NCBI GenBank assembly: GCA_030141605.1
Contig: JAQGDQ010000166.1
Location: 62,001 to 126,000 of the forward strand
Length of the DNA stretch: 64,000 nt
Reading direction: 5' to 3'
From: Tubiluchus corallicola
Lineage: Eukaryota > Animalia > Priapulida
The position numbers and the translations under genes were made by a program. Positions 13,578-27,513 of the stretch are shown here, one piece after another (the first letter of the stretch is position 1; each line of letters starts with the position of its first letter). The notes under the pieces are model-generated. The model was not told the DNA's origin. It was given only the letters and a program-made list of their open reading frames with translations, and ran no database searches.

Positions 13578-14648
13578 CGCTAATTATCACTTGTATTATC
13601 ACAAACCACCTTTGCAGTGGCAATAATTGTCTGGAAACTTTCAACACATAATTGCAATAGATTTAATAAAAAATGTCCATTCACAAATACAATTTTACAA
13701 ATTGTTGATCAACCATATCCAGTTTCTCCCTATTTTTATCTTACGACTCGCAATCATATAAAGTTGAGAAGCATGGAAAAGTTAAAGGGAATTTTTTCTA
13801 GAAAAATTTCAATTGTTTCCGCTTTTAGGACATTGTGTCACGTGACAGAATATGGGTTCCATTACTTTATCTACAAAAACACAATTCTAAACACTGTGAG
13901 CAGCGGCAGATTATTACCCCCCTCAAACGGAGCCACCCTCTAAAACGCCCACACCCGTCATGAATATTTTTACTCGTGAAATATTTTAGCAACATTTACA
14001 TAACTTGAAGTAAACTTACTGCAAATTCTTTAAATAAACTAGGATAGCTATCTTTTGTTTGTCAATAAAAATATTCTTTAAGAAATACCACAATCTTACT
14101 ATTTATTGCAAACCAAATTAGCACACATTTCAACACAACCATAGTGAAAAAACAGACTTTTGCTAAACGCAGGAAATTTATGCAAAACTTATTTGCCAGA
14201 TAATGAACAAGTTTTATTTTGCTGAAAATAAACGTTCAGTCGTTTCATGAAAATCTAAATCATTATAATTTTGAGTAATGAAATGAAGATGTTTAAAGGA
14301 AAACAGGACCATTTTCACAATCTACCCATTTTAAAGTACGGTAAAAAGTAAGCATCATTACACCTATAACAATACCAAAGCGTTACTTTAAATAATAATA
14401 TTTAAATTATTAATAAGTTAATTAAATAATAATAATAACACGATATTAAAATAATGAGTTATAAGCTTAGTTTATCGTGGATTTTATCAAATGTTACCAA
14501 AGATTGAGCCCACCTCTCCCTAAGCATGAGGGCTCTAGGAACCTACACTAAAGAATAATATATAGCCTGTAGAACAATCTGGCCTGACATTGAGTTGTAA
14601 TAGATCAAATGTTCAATAAAAAGAATAAAGTTTTTTAAATTGACTCAC

Positions 14649-15471
14649 CATTGTCTTTGCTAGACTCCATTTGTTTAACATTGACACCATTCATTCCTGT
14701 AACTTTCGAGGATTTCTCCAGGGTGTCGGCGATCCGTTTCAATTCGTTCATTTTCGTCATTAACCCATTAATTTTCTCTTCATACTTGGACACAACGTCT
14801 CTGTGTTCCGTGTTCATTCTACTCATGCGATCCATCAGATTGCTGTCGCCCGAATCGGGATAATAATCGTACGAATCGGAATCCGTCCTGTTCGCGTACC
14901 GGACAGCGTTCGCGCGCGTACCGTCGCGTGTAACGTTCACGTCATAACTGGGTACATTTGAAGATAACACGCCATCAAAACTATGTCTATTTTGCGCGAC
15001 GTTTATTACACGTGTGTCGTTGCACTCATCATAACCATTCAAGTCAGTATCAATGCTATCACGTGACCCTGGGCTATAATGGTTGTCCGTGTAAAAACTC
15101 GAACTAGTGCTGGCTCGATCGCTTGCTTCATAAAATTTCCTAAAGCGATCTTGATATTCCAGAATTTTCCTATCGATAACGTTTGACACGTTTTCGCTGA
15201 GATTATGCCTGGTTGTCGTCATCATCTTGTAACGCTTCTTGGCGTCGGCCACCAACGTCTCGTCGGTCCAGTAGTAAATTGAGTGGTTCGAATCCAGGAA
15301 ACGGCGTTTTCCGTTGACTTCTCGTATGTGTCCGATGTGCAGGAGTTTTTGGGCGAAGCGAACGGCTCTTGTGCGCGATGTAAAATTAGGATTTTGTTCC
15401 AAGAGTTTTCCGACTAAAACGGTTCCCCGGAATGTCGTCCTGTCAATCAACCGACGCTCTCTTCGCTGAAC
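14649..15471 (-). CDS. DEP-domain formin-like gene, exon 2: DEP domain, low-complexity linker, coiled coil
   Basis: ttttag/gtgagt, 823 nt open; F.G..LV..LL....SR..AV..AQ.LL..G.I..V....F.D....Y.W fits the DEP consensus; heptad segment MNTEHRDVVSKYEEKINGLMTKMNELKRIA. Confidence 0.88.
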
Positions 15472-15707
15472 CTAAAATGGAGAAAATATACATTTTACAC
15501 AAAGGCGAACAGGTTTTTGACAGTACAAAGCAAAACACTTGTTTTTCAGAACATCTGCTGTCGTGAGTTTTAACCCTGAGTGCTTTTAACAACGTGATTA
15601 GACATACACACTGCTTTCTCGAAAGACAAAGTTTACAATACTAGTCATAGAGTCATTTACGACTGGAGTTACGGTTATTTTTCTTTCTGTATCTCACGTT
15701 TCTACCG

Positions 15708-16128
15708 TGTTTATTGAACGACGATCGTTTCAGCTACTGTAGCCATTATCAAACTAAAAACCAAGCCAAAATACAAGAATAAAATTATACAGTTTGTGTC
15801 TTTGTATCATTAATGCATAACATGTTTATTGAACGACAATCGTTTCGGCTACTGTAACCATTATCAAACTAAAAACCAAGCCAAAAAACAAGAATAAATA
15901 ATGCATTCCTGACACAAAGGCACATACTATATATTATTTATCCTTGTTTTTTGGCAGAATTTATAGTTTGACAATGGCAACAGTAGCCGAAACGATCGTC
16001 TCTCAGTAAACATGGTATGCATTAATGATACAAAGACACAAACTATATATTATTTATTCTTGTTTTTTGGCTTGGTTTTTGGTATGATAATGGCCACAGT
16101 AGCCAAAACGATTGTCGCTCAACAAATA
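15708..16128. ncRNA. Array of four minimal type I hammerhead-like motifs in ~115-bp units (2 minus, 2 plus); Penelope/retrozyme-like
   Basis: Core TTGAYAA-T-GGC(7 nt)GCC-GAAAC-GATC-GTC; units arranged tandem plus inverted. Confidence 0.72.
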
Positions 16129-16831
16129 TTGTGATTCCTAGAAGCTTGCTCTTTCGTGTATTTAATCGTTCAACGTTTGTGCTCACGTATAGACCTACCT
16201 TACATCTGTTTGGTAAAAAGTAGCTCTTAAAAGTAAAAGCACACTGCTTTAGTTTGAATGGGGACTTTTTGCATGGTGAGGTGAATTTGGGTCACCCCTC
16301 CGCGCCCAAATTTGCTTTTGTTCCAAGCTTTAGAACAACCAGTAAAGGTATTTGCACTGAAACCTCCTTTTTCCTATTACGCCTCTTTTTTTAACATAGA
16401 AACCGGGTGGAGTATATCCCCTGCAGCCCCCTCCCCATATCCCCTTCAAACCCTTCCCATTACCCTACTTAGGGTTTGTACTTTTGTAATAGTGCTACAG
16501 CTGGTCATTTTTCACTTATGAGTTTTTATTTTCAGGTAAATCATTTTCGTGGTGACTGGCTGACTAATTGATTCCTCACTATTTTTTCAGCCTGACGTAT
16601 AAACTGTATGCACATTTTCTGTGAATCACATCAAAATAAATAAGATTAAGTTTAGTAGAAAGCTCGTATCATATTAAACAGCTTCGGTGCTGATACATTG
16701 AGTTTCCTAAGTTTGTTAAAATTAATGTTGGCAGGAATAAATTATATATAAACTGTATTGTTGAGTAGCAACAAATACGAATTGAATCAAGTTTGATAAA
16801 AAACAAAAGCTCAAGCATGTAATAATTATTG

Positions 16832-17524
<693 letters not shown>

Positions 17525-18231
17525 TGAATAATACTTGTTGCTCAAGCGTCTACACCACGATTTCAAATTCAACTTTTCGCGCGTTTTCTAGACATTCAAT
17601 TCATTTAATAATAATGAGTGTATACAGTTTGGAAAATACTTTCAAATTCTTGAACACAAATACGTAGCTTGAAATACCGGTCGTTCTATTGTAAAATACA
17701 AACAGTCCTTGTTCACGCGGAAGGGTGAAACTCGACCTACGGCAATTTCTATGATAAATTAAATAAGCTGTCATAAACACTTATTATTTATTATTACAAC
17801 GAAGTTTAAATAATACTTTGTCATCGTTGAATTATTCAGCTATTTCGAACATACTTGCAAACTAAGTACTGCAGTCAAAATACGTCAAGAATTCAAAGGA
17901 CAAATTGGGCAAATTATAATAGCTGGAATAGTGGAATACCCTAAAGCTTTAAACGTCTCGTTAGGTTAGACAAGGATTAAGAGAACCCCGAATAAGCTTA
18001 TTAAATTCTTCGTGGAATGCAGGCTGGTTGTACAACTACGGTTTAAAAATAATTTTATTTCATTTATTCTTTATTTCTTATTAGCTCCATTATCAGATTT
18101 ATTTCATGTTCAGAATTTTATTGCAAACAGGTTTATATCACAGCTAAAATAGGTTTGTTTCTAAGTTAAAGTAAATTGATGCCTACGCTGTACAGTAGAT
18201 AGAGCCAATTAACAGCACATATGCTTCTGTT

Positions 18232-18646
18232 CTGTACCCAGGTAAAAAAGTCACAGGTAAAAAAGCCACTGAAAAAAGTCACAGGAAAAGTCAAAGGACA
18301 ACATTACAGGTAAGAAAGTCACAGTTAAAAAGTCACCGAAACAAAAATCAAAGTAAAAATGTCAAAGGAATAAAGGCACAGGCAAGAAGAAGTAGCCCCA
18401 CGCCTAATGTTAACCCTAGCCCTAACCCTAGCCCCACTCCTAATGCTAATCCGAATCCTAAGCCTAATCCTAACTCGAACCCTAATTCTGGGTAAAATTA
18501 TTTGTGATTTTTTTCTGTGACTTTTTCTGTGACTTTTACTCGTCAAAATTGTCACTTTTTCTATGACTTTATCCTCGCCGAAAGTGTGAATCTTTCTGTG
18601 TCTCTTTCCTTGACTTCTTCCCTGTGAGTTTATTACTGGTCACCAG
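18232..18646. mobile_element. Foldback element: (AAAAGTCACAG)n - degenerate TAACCC core - (CTGTGACTTTT)n; relatives at 51494-52285 and 54435-54825
   Basis: Inverted arrays of short motif around a ctaaccctag-type core. Confidence 0.65.
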
Positions 18647-18725
18647 CTGATTCAGCAGCAGTCACACAGTTACTCCCTCATTTACTCACTAAATTACTCA
18701 CTAAGTTACTCATTCTGTTACTCAC

Positions 18726-18854
18726 CTTTTGATGAGTGAGATCAGCGATGATGTGGCGATCTTCGTCTGTCTCCTCTTCCTCGTATTCTTCGTCCTCCTC
18801 TTGTTCCTCCTCCCTAGGGACAGGATGTCCCAAAAAACGATCGAAATATGGCAT
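18726..18854 (-). CDS. DEP-domain formin-like gene, first identified coding exon: MPYFDRFLGHPVPREEEQEEDEEYEEEETDEDRHIIADLTHQK
   Basis: ATG directly after an in-frame TAG (which could also be an AG acceptor), 129 nt, gtgagt donor in phase 0; its end supplies the probable first DEP helix. Confidence 0.75.
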
Positions 18855-19846
18855 CTATGTGAGTAGCACCCTCACCCTAGCTGGCACTGAATGTGAGTAG
18901 CACCCTCACCCTAGCTAGCACTGAATCTATTTGAAGAGAACACAAACACTGCGGCACGGATTGTGTACAAACACTGTAGCACTGTGTCGTTTCAACACAG
19001 AATATTAACATTTACATCTTCGAAATGTTTTAAGATGTATATTACAGATTCAAGGATGTTATATCAAGAGCAACTGTGTTAAATAAGTTCAAAAAACCTT
19101 GTAACAGGAATAATTTCCCCCGCGCTGATTCGGAAAGGGTTAAATTCGAGTCATAACTAAGAAGCGATTAATTGATTAGAACGACGTCGGTGGTTACGTA
19201 ACCTGCTTTGCTGGACGTTTTCGACAATGTTACTGATCACCGCCCGTCTAGTAGACTGGCAAATCTCTCGACTGGTTGCATATAAGCATCGGAATGGAGG
19301 AAGAATGACAGATATAATAACAGCATTCAGTTCGGATTGGTTCGGTCTGCCTAATTCGTACCCTCACCAGAGGGCGGGTCAATGCTAGCGGCTGCAGTGA
19401 GACATATGGATATGGATTGATCACTGCATACCTTTTCCACCTTTAACGTTACTTAATCATTACCCGTAGCACCTACGTGATGAAGTTAGATTAATATTTC
19501 GTTTGCCAATTTAACCTGGGTAATTTTTTAACGCCCCTTGTGGTACATCTCTCCCGTGGTTCTTCTCTTTATTCAGTGGCCGGAGGCGTGTTTGTTCAAC
19601 GTTTCCTCCTCCACGCAGGAGGAAAACCTTCCCAAAAATCTTGGCGATTGCACGCTCCTCCACCATTCTGACAGGCGCAAGGTAGATGCTCGGTAAATAA
19701 AGTAGTTTGAGTTAAGCGTGACATTAGTGCAATAGTCACGTTCCTGAGCAGTGAGCTGTCGGCTAGTTTCTTGTGTCTGTTAGACAAGGTAGAAACGTGG
19801 AAGGATTTCAAGTTTAATAATAAAATTAACAAGAGTATTTCTTTCG

Positions 19847-20306
<460 letters not shown>

Positions 20307-21039
20307 AGTTCAAATACGGATTGGGTTCAAATCTTTATACATTTAGTTTCCTCAGAAATTCGATCATTCCACTGCTAATCAAAATAATAAAGAAATAGGG
20401 ACTCCATATTTACTAGAAAACTGCCCTAACAACTAAGTTTAACACCCGAGCTAACAATTCAACAATGAACAAAATTATAAATATTCGTGTTCGACAAAAA
20501 TTATTAAATTGTTTTATTTTTAATAACATCAGTGCGTGGTTTAACAAATGTAGTAATTATGAACGAGCGATTATGAACAAGTTCGTATTATGCGATACCC
20601 AAATAGAATATAATTATTAGACTTAACAATACTTTTAAAATGATGACAAAATAAAATATTCACAACATCAGGGAAGGTGAGAATGATACGAGAATAAGTT
20701 GTTTTAGCACAAAATCTTTACAAGAAGTAACACTTTATCTCGTTTGTGTTTTTAAACTGCTGTCATTTGAAATTCGTTTGTATAAATCTATTCAATTCAA
20801 CTTTATTTTCTCAATAGCAGTTAGAATTCGACATAATTATTTCTACATTTCATTGCAACTGAGAAGGAACAGTAAAAGACCCATTGGTCAATAAGGTTTG
20901 ACGACAACTCAGTCTAAATTAGGCCTAAATTAAGTACTTTATTTTAAGTAGAAGAAAGAAGTAGCGATATCAGCAAATACGGGATGGTATACAGTAGATT
21001 TTGAACAGTTTATTGTATCAAAGTACCGCTGAAACAATA

Positions 21040-21205
21040 GCGAATGTATCAACACCTGTGTTGTACACGTTTGAGACTCCAGGCGCGCTATTTCAAGTTG
21101 AAATCGATAGATGGCGCAACGTAGATAGAAGACATGGACTATGTAGTTGTGGAGAAACCCAAACTGAAAATCACGTTGTGATCGACTGACATTTAAATTG
21201 CACAC
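21040..21205 (+). mobile_element. CR1/L2-group LINE C-terminal remnant
   Basis: FQVEIDRWRNVDRRHGLCSCGETQTENHVVID* resembles the IETGRW...RLC.C...E.H...C tail. Confidence 0.55.
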
Positions 21206-22217
21206 AACTAAGGTTATCAGAAAACTGTTTTGCTTAAAGTACGACTACGGTGTTTCTGGCATGTGTGTAAACCTATCTCTACCACATTTTAGTCTTATTC
21301 GTAGAAGATCATGTTATATCGTTCGAAATAGGTACTATTGTACACTGGCATTAGTATTATAATTGCTAATTCATCAAATAAACTTGTGTTGCTCTTGCTT
21401 GAAATGGAACGAATTACTACATAATTTATCTCTAACATTTAGTTAGCTTTTAATTTACTAACCCTGTGCATATATATATATATAATGCTATATATTATAT
21501 ATATATATATGCACAGGGTTAGTAAATTAAAAGCTAATATATATATCATTATAACGAGATAGAAAGTTGTTATAACGAATTAAAATGTTGTTATAACGAG
21601 TTAAGAAGTTGTTATAACGACTTAAGAAAGTCGTCATAGCGAGATAAAAAGTTGTTATAATCAAAAGCCAATCTCGTATTTCTTTTGCGGTCCTTTCTAC
21701 AATGGCCCTTATACGTTTCCATATAAGTATTTAGCCAGACAATTAATCGGCTTGATTATAATCTTGTAATTTTTTATTTTGTTTGTCACTGCACTTGTAT
21801 TTTATATAGTCTTAGTTACTGAAATAAAAATTTGAATTGAATTTAAAACTGAATTGAACAGTCCAAGGTACGAGGCGTCCACACAAAATTTTGAGGGCAT
21901 GATAAATTCTCAATTGTTTCAGCAATATTTCGTTGTACTAAACTTTAACTGACGTAGATGTTCTGTACTGTTACTGCACTGTTCTGATCTGTATAGCACA
22001 AAGTTTATGCACCATTCTGTACACAGTTTTGCTGCTTTGTTATCACACGAAATAAAAACCTATCATTGCAGAAAATCAAAACATTTATGTACGCTGCTGC
22101 ACTATTCTGCATGGTTGAATTAGATCTGAGTCGAACTCTGTCACTTTTTTTGTAAACTGAAAGTTTGCATGATTTATCATCTGACTCATTTACTTCCATT
22201 GCACAATGTGTGTTGCT

Positions 22218-22777
22218 TTAAAGGAAAACTGGATGATTGTGTAAACATTAGTTCGGAATAGAGAATTCTCTAAAATATTGAAAACTACAACAGCTTTTTT
22301 TTAAACCAAAGTTAAAATTAAATAATAATTACTTCTGATACTCAAATGTCGTTAAACTTTCAAAGCTAAGCGCGGCTTAGTGAATCTACTAAGATTGGCA
22401 GCGGTGTCTTTTCGTCACATGCGTATGGCCGACAAATAGGTGGTGGCACCATGTTAACCATGAACATGAGCTGCAGTGTTAATTTCTGACATCATATAAC
22501 ATAGAGCCCATTTTTCGTGACATCACGCATTTAAGCAGTAACACTTACTCAAATGTGCTTGATGCGCAAGGGAAGATGCCTGCCAATGGACAAACTGTGG
22601 TTAGTTTCTGACGTAAGCAATAGCTGTGTTCGGTTGCCGTCAATTAACTTTCTGAGCTAATTATTCAAATATAAAGAACAATTGTTAACTTTTATAGGCA
22701 AAAAGATATATATTTTGGACATTGAGTCTGAGATTGAGAAGAGATTGAGTCTAAACAACCATCCGGTCTTCCTTTAA
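22218..22777 (+). mobile_element. Kolobok-like non-autonomous element, family B
   Basis: TTAA|AGGAAAACTGGATG...CATCCGGTCTTCCT|TTAA: TTAA duplication with RR..YY termini. Confidence 0.8.
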
Positions 22778-22890
22778 GAGCAGTATTTCATTATAGCACG
22801 TTCACGTCGCCTATAAAAAAGATATATATTTTCCTCATATAATCATCCGCATTGCAAATGCATGAGAAAAAATGGAATAATTGCTAATCA

Positions 22891-23235
22891 TATGGAAGAG
22901 TATTATTGCCACAGAAGAAATTGTGAATGAAAACAGTCGTTATAACGAGTTAAAAAGTCTTTATAACAAGACAAAGCAATTATAACGAAATAAAAAGTCG
23001 TTATGACGAATTAAAAAGTTGTTATAACGATTTAAAAAGATGTTATAACAAGATAAAAGTCGTTATAACGAGATAGAATGTCGTTATAACGAGTTAAAAA
23101 GTTGTTATAGCGAGATAAAAGTCGTTATAACGAGCTAGAAAGTTGCTATAGCGATATAAAAAGTTGTTATAATGAGAAGCCAATCTCGTTTTTCTTTCAG
23201 TGTTTTTTCTACAATGGCCCTTATACGCTTCCATA
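22891..23235 (+). mobile_element. Minisatellite-carrying TIR element family F (other copies 21549-21723 and, inverted, 25533-26108)
   Basis: tatggaag.gtat...atacgcttccata termini; internal 20-22 bp repeats with a TCGTTATAACGA core. Confidence 0.75.
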
Positions 23236-23534
23236 CGATTATTTAGTCAGACAATCTGCTTGACTTGCCTCTCCACCAACAACATTGGCAGCCTCTACTC
23301 TTTTTTCCATGTTCACAGTTGATTCGTGTTAATAATTGCATTCAACACGAATCAAAAATGCTATCAATAACAATCTGTCAAAGGCCCTTATTGCCTGTTT
23401 TTGCATCACTAATGCCCAATGTTTACTATAACACGTGGTTGTGTAGGGCAAAAGTCACGAACATCCGAACACAAGCTGTGTTCTCAAAAAGCTGTGATCC
23501 ACACTGCCGCGCTCAAAGATTTCTCCTACTGCAA

Positions 23535-23672
23535 TCACCATCCACTGTAGTCAACTGTTGGAGTTCTAATAAAATAAGTTGTGAGAAGTCCTCGTCCTTT
23601 CACATGGATTTCACCACGACATTCGCACTCATAGCCGGCTGCTTGCAGAAATTTAGCTGTGTTTTCTGTTGT
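23535..23672 (-). CDS. ADCY2: Adenylyl cyclase last coding exon: TTENTAKFLQAAGYECECRGEIHVKGRGLLTTYFIRTPTVDYSGW*
   Basis: tcacag acceptor, 138 nt to TGA; CRG.I.VKG.G...TYF motif. Confidence 0.95.
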   Translation of the reverse strand, partial: TTENTAKFLQAAGYECECRGEIHVKGRGLLTTYFIRTPTVDYSGW

Positions 23673-23720
23673 CTGTGAAAATAAATGATGATGATTATTT
23701 ATTAATCAATTTATTTATTT

Positions 23721-24029
23721 ATTTATCTAAATAATTTATTTATTAATTGTATAAGAACTGTAGTTTTTATTCAGAAAAAATGTTGCAACAGAAATGCATT
23801 TATGTCAGAAATAAAAAGTTAGCTTTGCATAACACAACACAAACAGTTTCCAAAAGCGCTGGTATTTATGAATGTACTATTTATCTAAATAATTTATTTA
23901 TTAATTGTATACGAACTGTAGTTTTTATTCAGAAAAAATGTCACAAAATGTTGCAACAGAAATGCATTTATGTCAGAAATAAAAAGTTAGCTTTGCATAA
24001 CACAACACAAACAGTTTCCAAAAGCGCTG
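23721..24029. repeat. Tandem duplication, ~150 bp x2
   Basis: atttatctaaataattt...ccaaaagcgctg twice. Confidence 0.9.
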
Positions 24030-24123
24030 AAATACACAGAAACTGCAATATCTACATAACTATTGTCTCATCTCTAGAAAAAATTACAACTGTCAACACT
24101 TTTTATTTTGAACAGGTTTGCAA

Positions 24124-24517
24124 TAATAAGTCTTTTCACAGTTCCAGTGATTGATGATGATAGTGAAAAGTTCAAAAATTAAGTGCACCAGACAAAGCAC
24201 TTACACACTTGACAATGCCTTGCAGCCTACGCTACTGTGATATTAACAGTTTTAACAACTAGCTAGAACCTTAATTAGTTCATTTGTTTTTGACTACCAA
24301 GCAAGATCTGCTTGTAAATCACTCTACACACAGATTAATGTATAATTAACTAAAGTCCACGTAAAACAATTGAAATTACTGAACTGATGCGGCAAGCGGC
24401 TTTCTTTTACCCACATGTCACGTAACGGATGTAGTTAACACACGTTGCCGTGGTACACTTAACCTTTGGCCTACAGCAACAGCGCGTGCACGCAACGATA
24501 CTGCAAAAGGCTCATTG
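24124..24517 (+). mobile_element. MITE family A copy 1 (~400 bp)
   Basis: TIR TAATAAGCCTTTTCAC-like; subterminal inverted GGTCAAAGGTTAAGTGTACCA; similar to the other six copies. Confidence 0.85.
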
Positions 24518-24553
24518 TTACATTAATTACAATTAGTTTAGTCCAGCCCTGAC

Positions 24554-24678
24554 CTGTATTCGTCCCACAACACCAGTGCTGTCCATCCTGCTGGCTAGGT
24601 TAACGGTGTTGCCCCAAATGTCATATTGAGGTTTCTGTGCACCAACTACCCCAGATATGGTCTCACCGTGGCTTAAAC
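24554..24678 (-). CDS. ADCY2: Adenylyl cyclase exon, C2a: [41 protein letters not shown]
   Basis: cgtcag/gtcagg, 125 nt; adenine-specifying Asp and catalytic Asn/Arg. Confidence 0.97.
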
Positions 24679-24795
24679 CTGACGTATATAAATGACTATT
24701 AGATTTCTAAATAAGTGCTAATCCAGTTTTGTTGCCTTTACCAATGAAAGCTAACTGTAACATAATAAATGCAAATTCTTATATGTATTCAGCTG

Positions 24796-24995
<200 letters not shown>

Positions 24996-25268
24996 CGTTT
25001 CCTTTTCGACAAGTTTTTCTTTGGCCAAAGTGACTACTTCCCATAAATGTAATATCACACTAAGTCTTGTGCACAGAATCACGAAGTCAATTAGTAAATA
25101 AATAAATAAAAAGACAAACAGAAAAAATACAAAGAAATAAGCAGAAAAGGAAGAAAGAAAGACAGACAGGCAGAAGGAAAAGAAACTAGAAAGAAAGAAA
25201 AGGAAAAAGAAAAAAAGAAAGAGAGTTAAACCGATCTTAGAAATATTCTTCCATTCAAAAGTACTTAC

Positions 25269-25374
25269 CCATTCGTAATCGAAATTCGTTGAAACTATCT
25301 TTGTTAAATTGATTAAGAACAGTCATCATAGCAAATGCAAACTCCAGTAACACGATCACGTGATGATCCGGATT
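25269..25374 (-). CDS. ADCY2: Adenylyl cyclase exon, C2a: NPDHHVIVLLEFAFAMMTVLNQFNKDSFNEFRLRM(G)
   Basis: ttccag/gtaagt, 106 nt; EFA...SFN.F.LR.G motif. Confidence 0.96.
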
Positions 25375-25532
25375 CTGGAAACAGATAAAATTAAAAGTAG
25401 TGAAATTTAATTTTCATACTTTTTGATCAACTTCTTTGATGTACTTTTTCAAAAAGTGGATGCGTGTCCAATTGCTATACTGTCGCTAAATGCTTTATTA
25501 ATTGTTTGACAAAATTTTCCCTCTCTTAGCAT

Positions 25533-26108
25533 ATTAGGGCCATTGTAAGAAAACTCTGAACAAAAAAAAACGAGGCTGGCTTCTCGTTATAATGACTTTC
25601 TGTCTTGTTATAACTACTTTTTATATCGTTATAATAACTTTTTATGTTTTATAACGACATTTTATCACATTATAACGATTTTCTATCACATTATAATGAA
25701 TTTATATTGTCTATAACGACTTTTTATCTCGTTATAATGACATTTTTCACATACAACGATTTTTTTATCTCGTTATAACGACTTTCTGTCTCATTATAAT
25801 AAATTTATCTCATTATAACGACTTTCTGTCTCTTTACAATGAATTTTCCCTATTATAACGCCTTTTTGTCTCTTTATAATGACTTTTTATCTCGTTATAA
25901 TGCCTTTTATGGCATTATAATGACTTTTATCTCGTTATAATGACTTTTTATCTCGTTATAATGACTTTTTTCTCGTTATAATGCCTTTTATCTCGTTATA
26001 ATGACTTTTTATCTCATTATAATGACTTTTTATCTCGTTATAATGACTTTTATCTCGTTATAATGACTTTTTGTGTCACTGTAATGAATTCATCTTGTTA
26101 TAACGACA
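25533..26108 (-). repeat. Family F copy with expanded ~21-bp minisatellite (tttttatctcgttataatgac)n
   Basis: More than 20 tandem units plus conserved end gggccattgta...ggcttctcgttataa. Confidence 0.85.
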
Positions 26109-26182
26109 TTTTTGTTGCTTAACTTATTATACTGTGATGCTGCATATCGTGCAATTTGTCATTTCATTGTTTGTTTGCTTAC

Positions 26183-26287
26183 CAACTGTTTACTCTCTTG
26201 TCCTGGTACCAGCCCAGCTGCCGCCATGTATGTGCTACCAATCGTCTTTATCTTCTCAACTGCACAAAACTTTGGCTTCAACAATAA
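26183..26287 (-). CDS. ADCY2: Adenylyl cyclase exon, C2a: LLLKPKFCAVEKIKTIGSTYMAAAGLVPGQESKQL
   Basis: tctcag/gtaagc, 105 nt; ATP-specifying Lys and forskolin-site Ser. Confidence 0.97.
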
Positions 26288-27475
26288 CTGAGAAAAAATA
26301 TTTTATTCGATAATTACAGTTACAATTACAATTCACATAATACACACACACTGATTATCTTTTTACATACACATATAACGCTATAAACTCATATACTAAG
26401 AATACAATATTGCAAGTCAAATTCAATAATTTAAACTAAAGACAGAACATCAAACTTTGATGTATAAACCCAATCGTACAACATATATGTACATAAATGC
26501 AAATTTAATGTAGTTGCATACACATATAGTATTTAATTTAGATAAGTGATGTTAGTTGATGTTAGTTATATGTATATAGTTCGTTTTTTTACTATTACAT
26601 ACTAGAACTGAAACATTTTAAAACAAAATTACAAGCAATTTGTAGAATTTCAGAATCGTTTCAGCCTAATAGTAATTAAAGTTTGATATCATCTGATAAG
26701 TAAGTAAATTTTGGATATAGAGAGCTAATTTCTGTATAAACCGTGTTTCTTAGTCGCTCATATCTACTGCAGTGCAAGTGCAAATGTGTTTCCTCTTCTA
26801 TTTCTTATTCGTTTGGGTCGCATTGTGTACAGTATCTTTCACTAACTATGCACCTGTGACTTGAGGCCTGATAATGAACTTTCCAAGAATTTTTAAAGGG
26901 ATTACTTGAGATGTATTGTCCTTATCACTAATCTGTGTAATATATACAAAAAATGATTTTTTATGACTGATACTATTCCAGTGGGCCTTCTATGTATTGC
27001 TTTATAAAACAAATACCAGATTTGTTCAACAATAGTTTCTATAATAAATCCCATTTACAAAATTCTGCAGGATTGATTGTCCAAATAATCCACTAATTTA
27101 CAAGCTATTAAACAAAACAAATATTAATTAGCATAACAGATTAATTAGCTATCTATACATGTTGATCATAATTAATCATTACAATTGATTAAGATAATTT
27201 TAAGATTCTGATTAAAATTTTAGCTTCTTATTCATAATGTACATATTTCATTTGAGTAACAAAAGTTAAGAATCATGAAATTACAGGTTTTAGGCATTAT
27301 GTGTAAATTTAAACACAAATTTTTAAGACACTTTTTTGATTACAATTATTTAAGACTGTGCATAATTTGCTGTATCAATTTCTTTTCTACTAGTCTGTTT
27401 ACTCACCACATACTTGACTATTTGTAAATACATAATTACTGCATAAACAGCTTGTACATTTGTAAAAAATTACCG

Positions 27476-27513
27476 CTGATGATGACAACAGTAACACTGT
27501 CGAAACATTTGAC
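27476..27513 (+). ncRNA. Degenerate hammerhead-like motif
   Basis: CTGATGA T GACA...TGTC GAAAC present; cleavage triplet (GAC) and stem I are broken. Confidence 0.4.
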
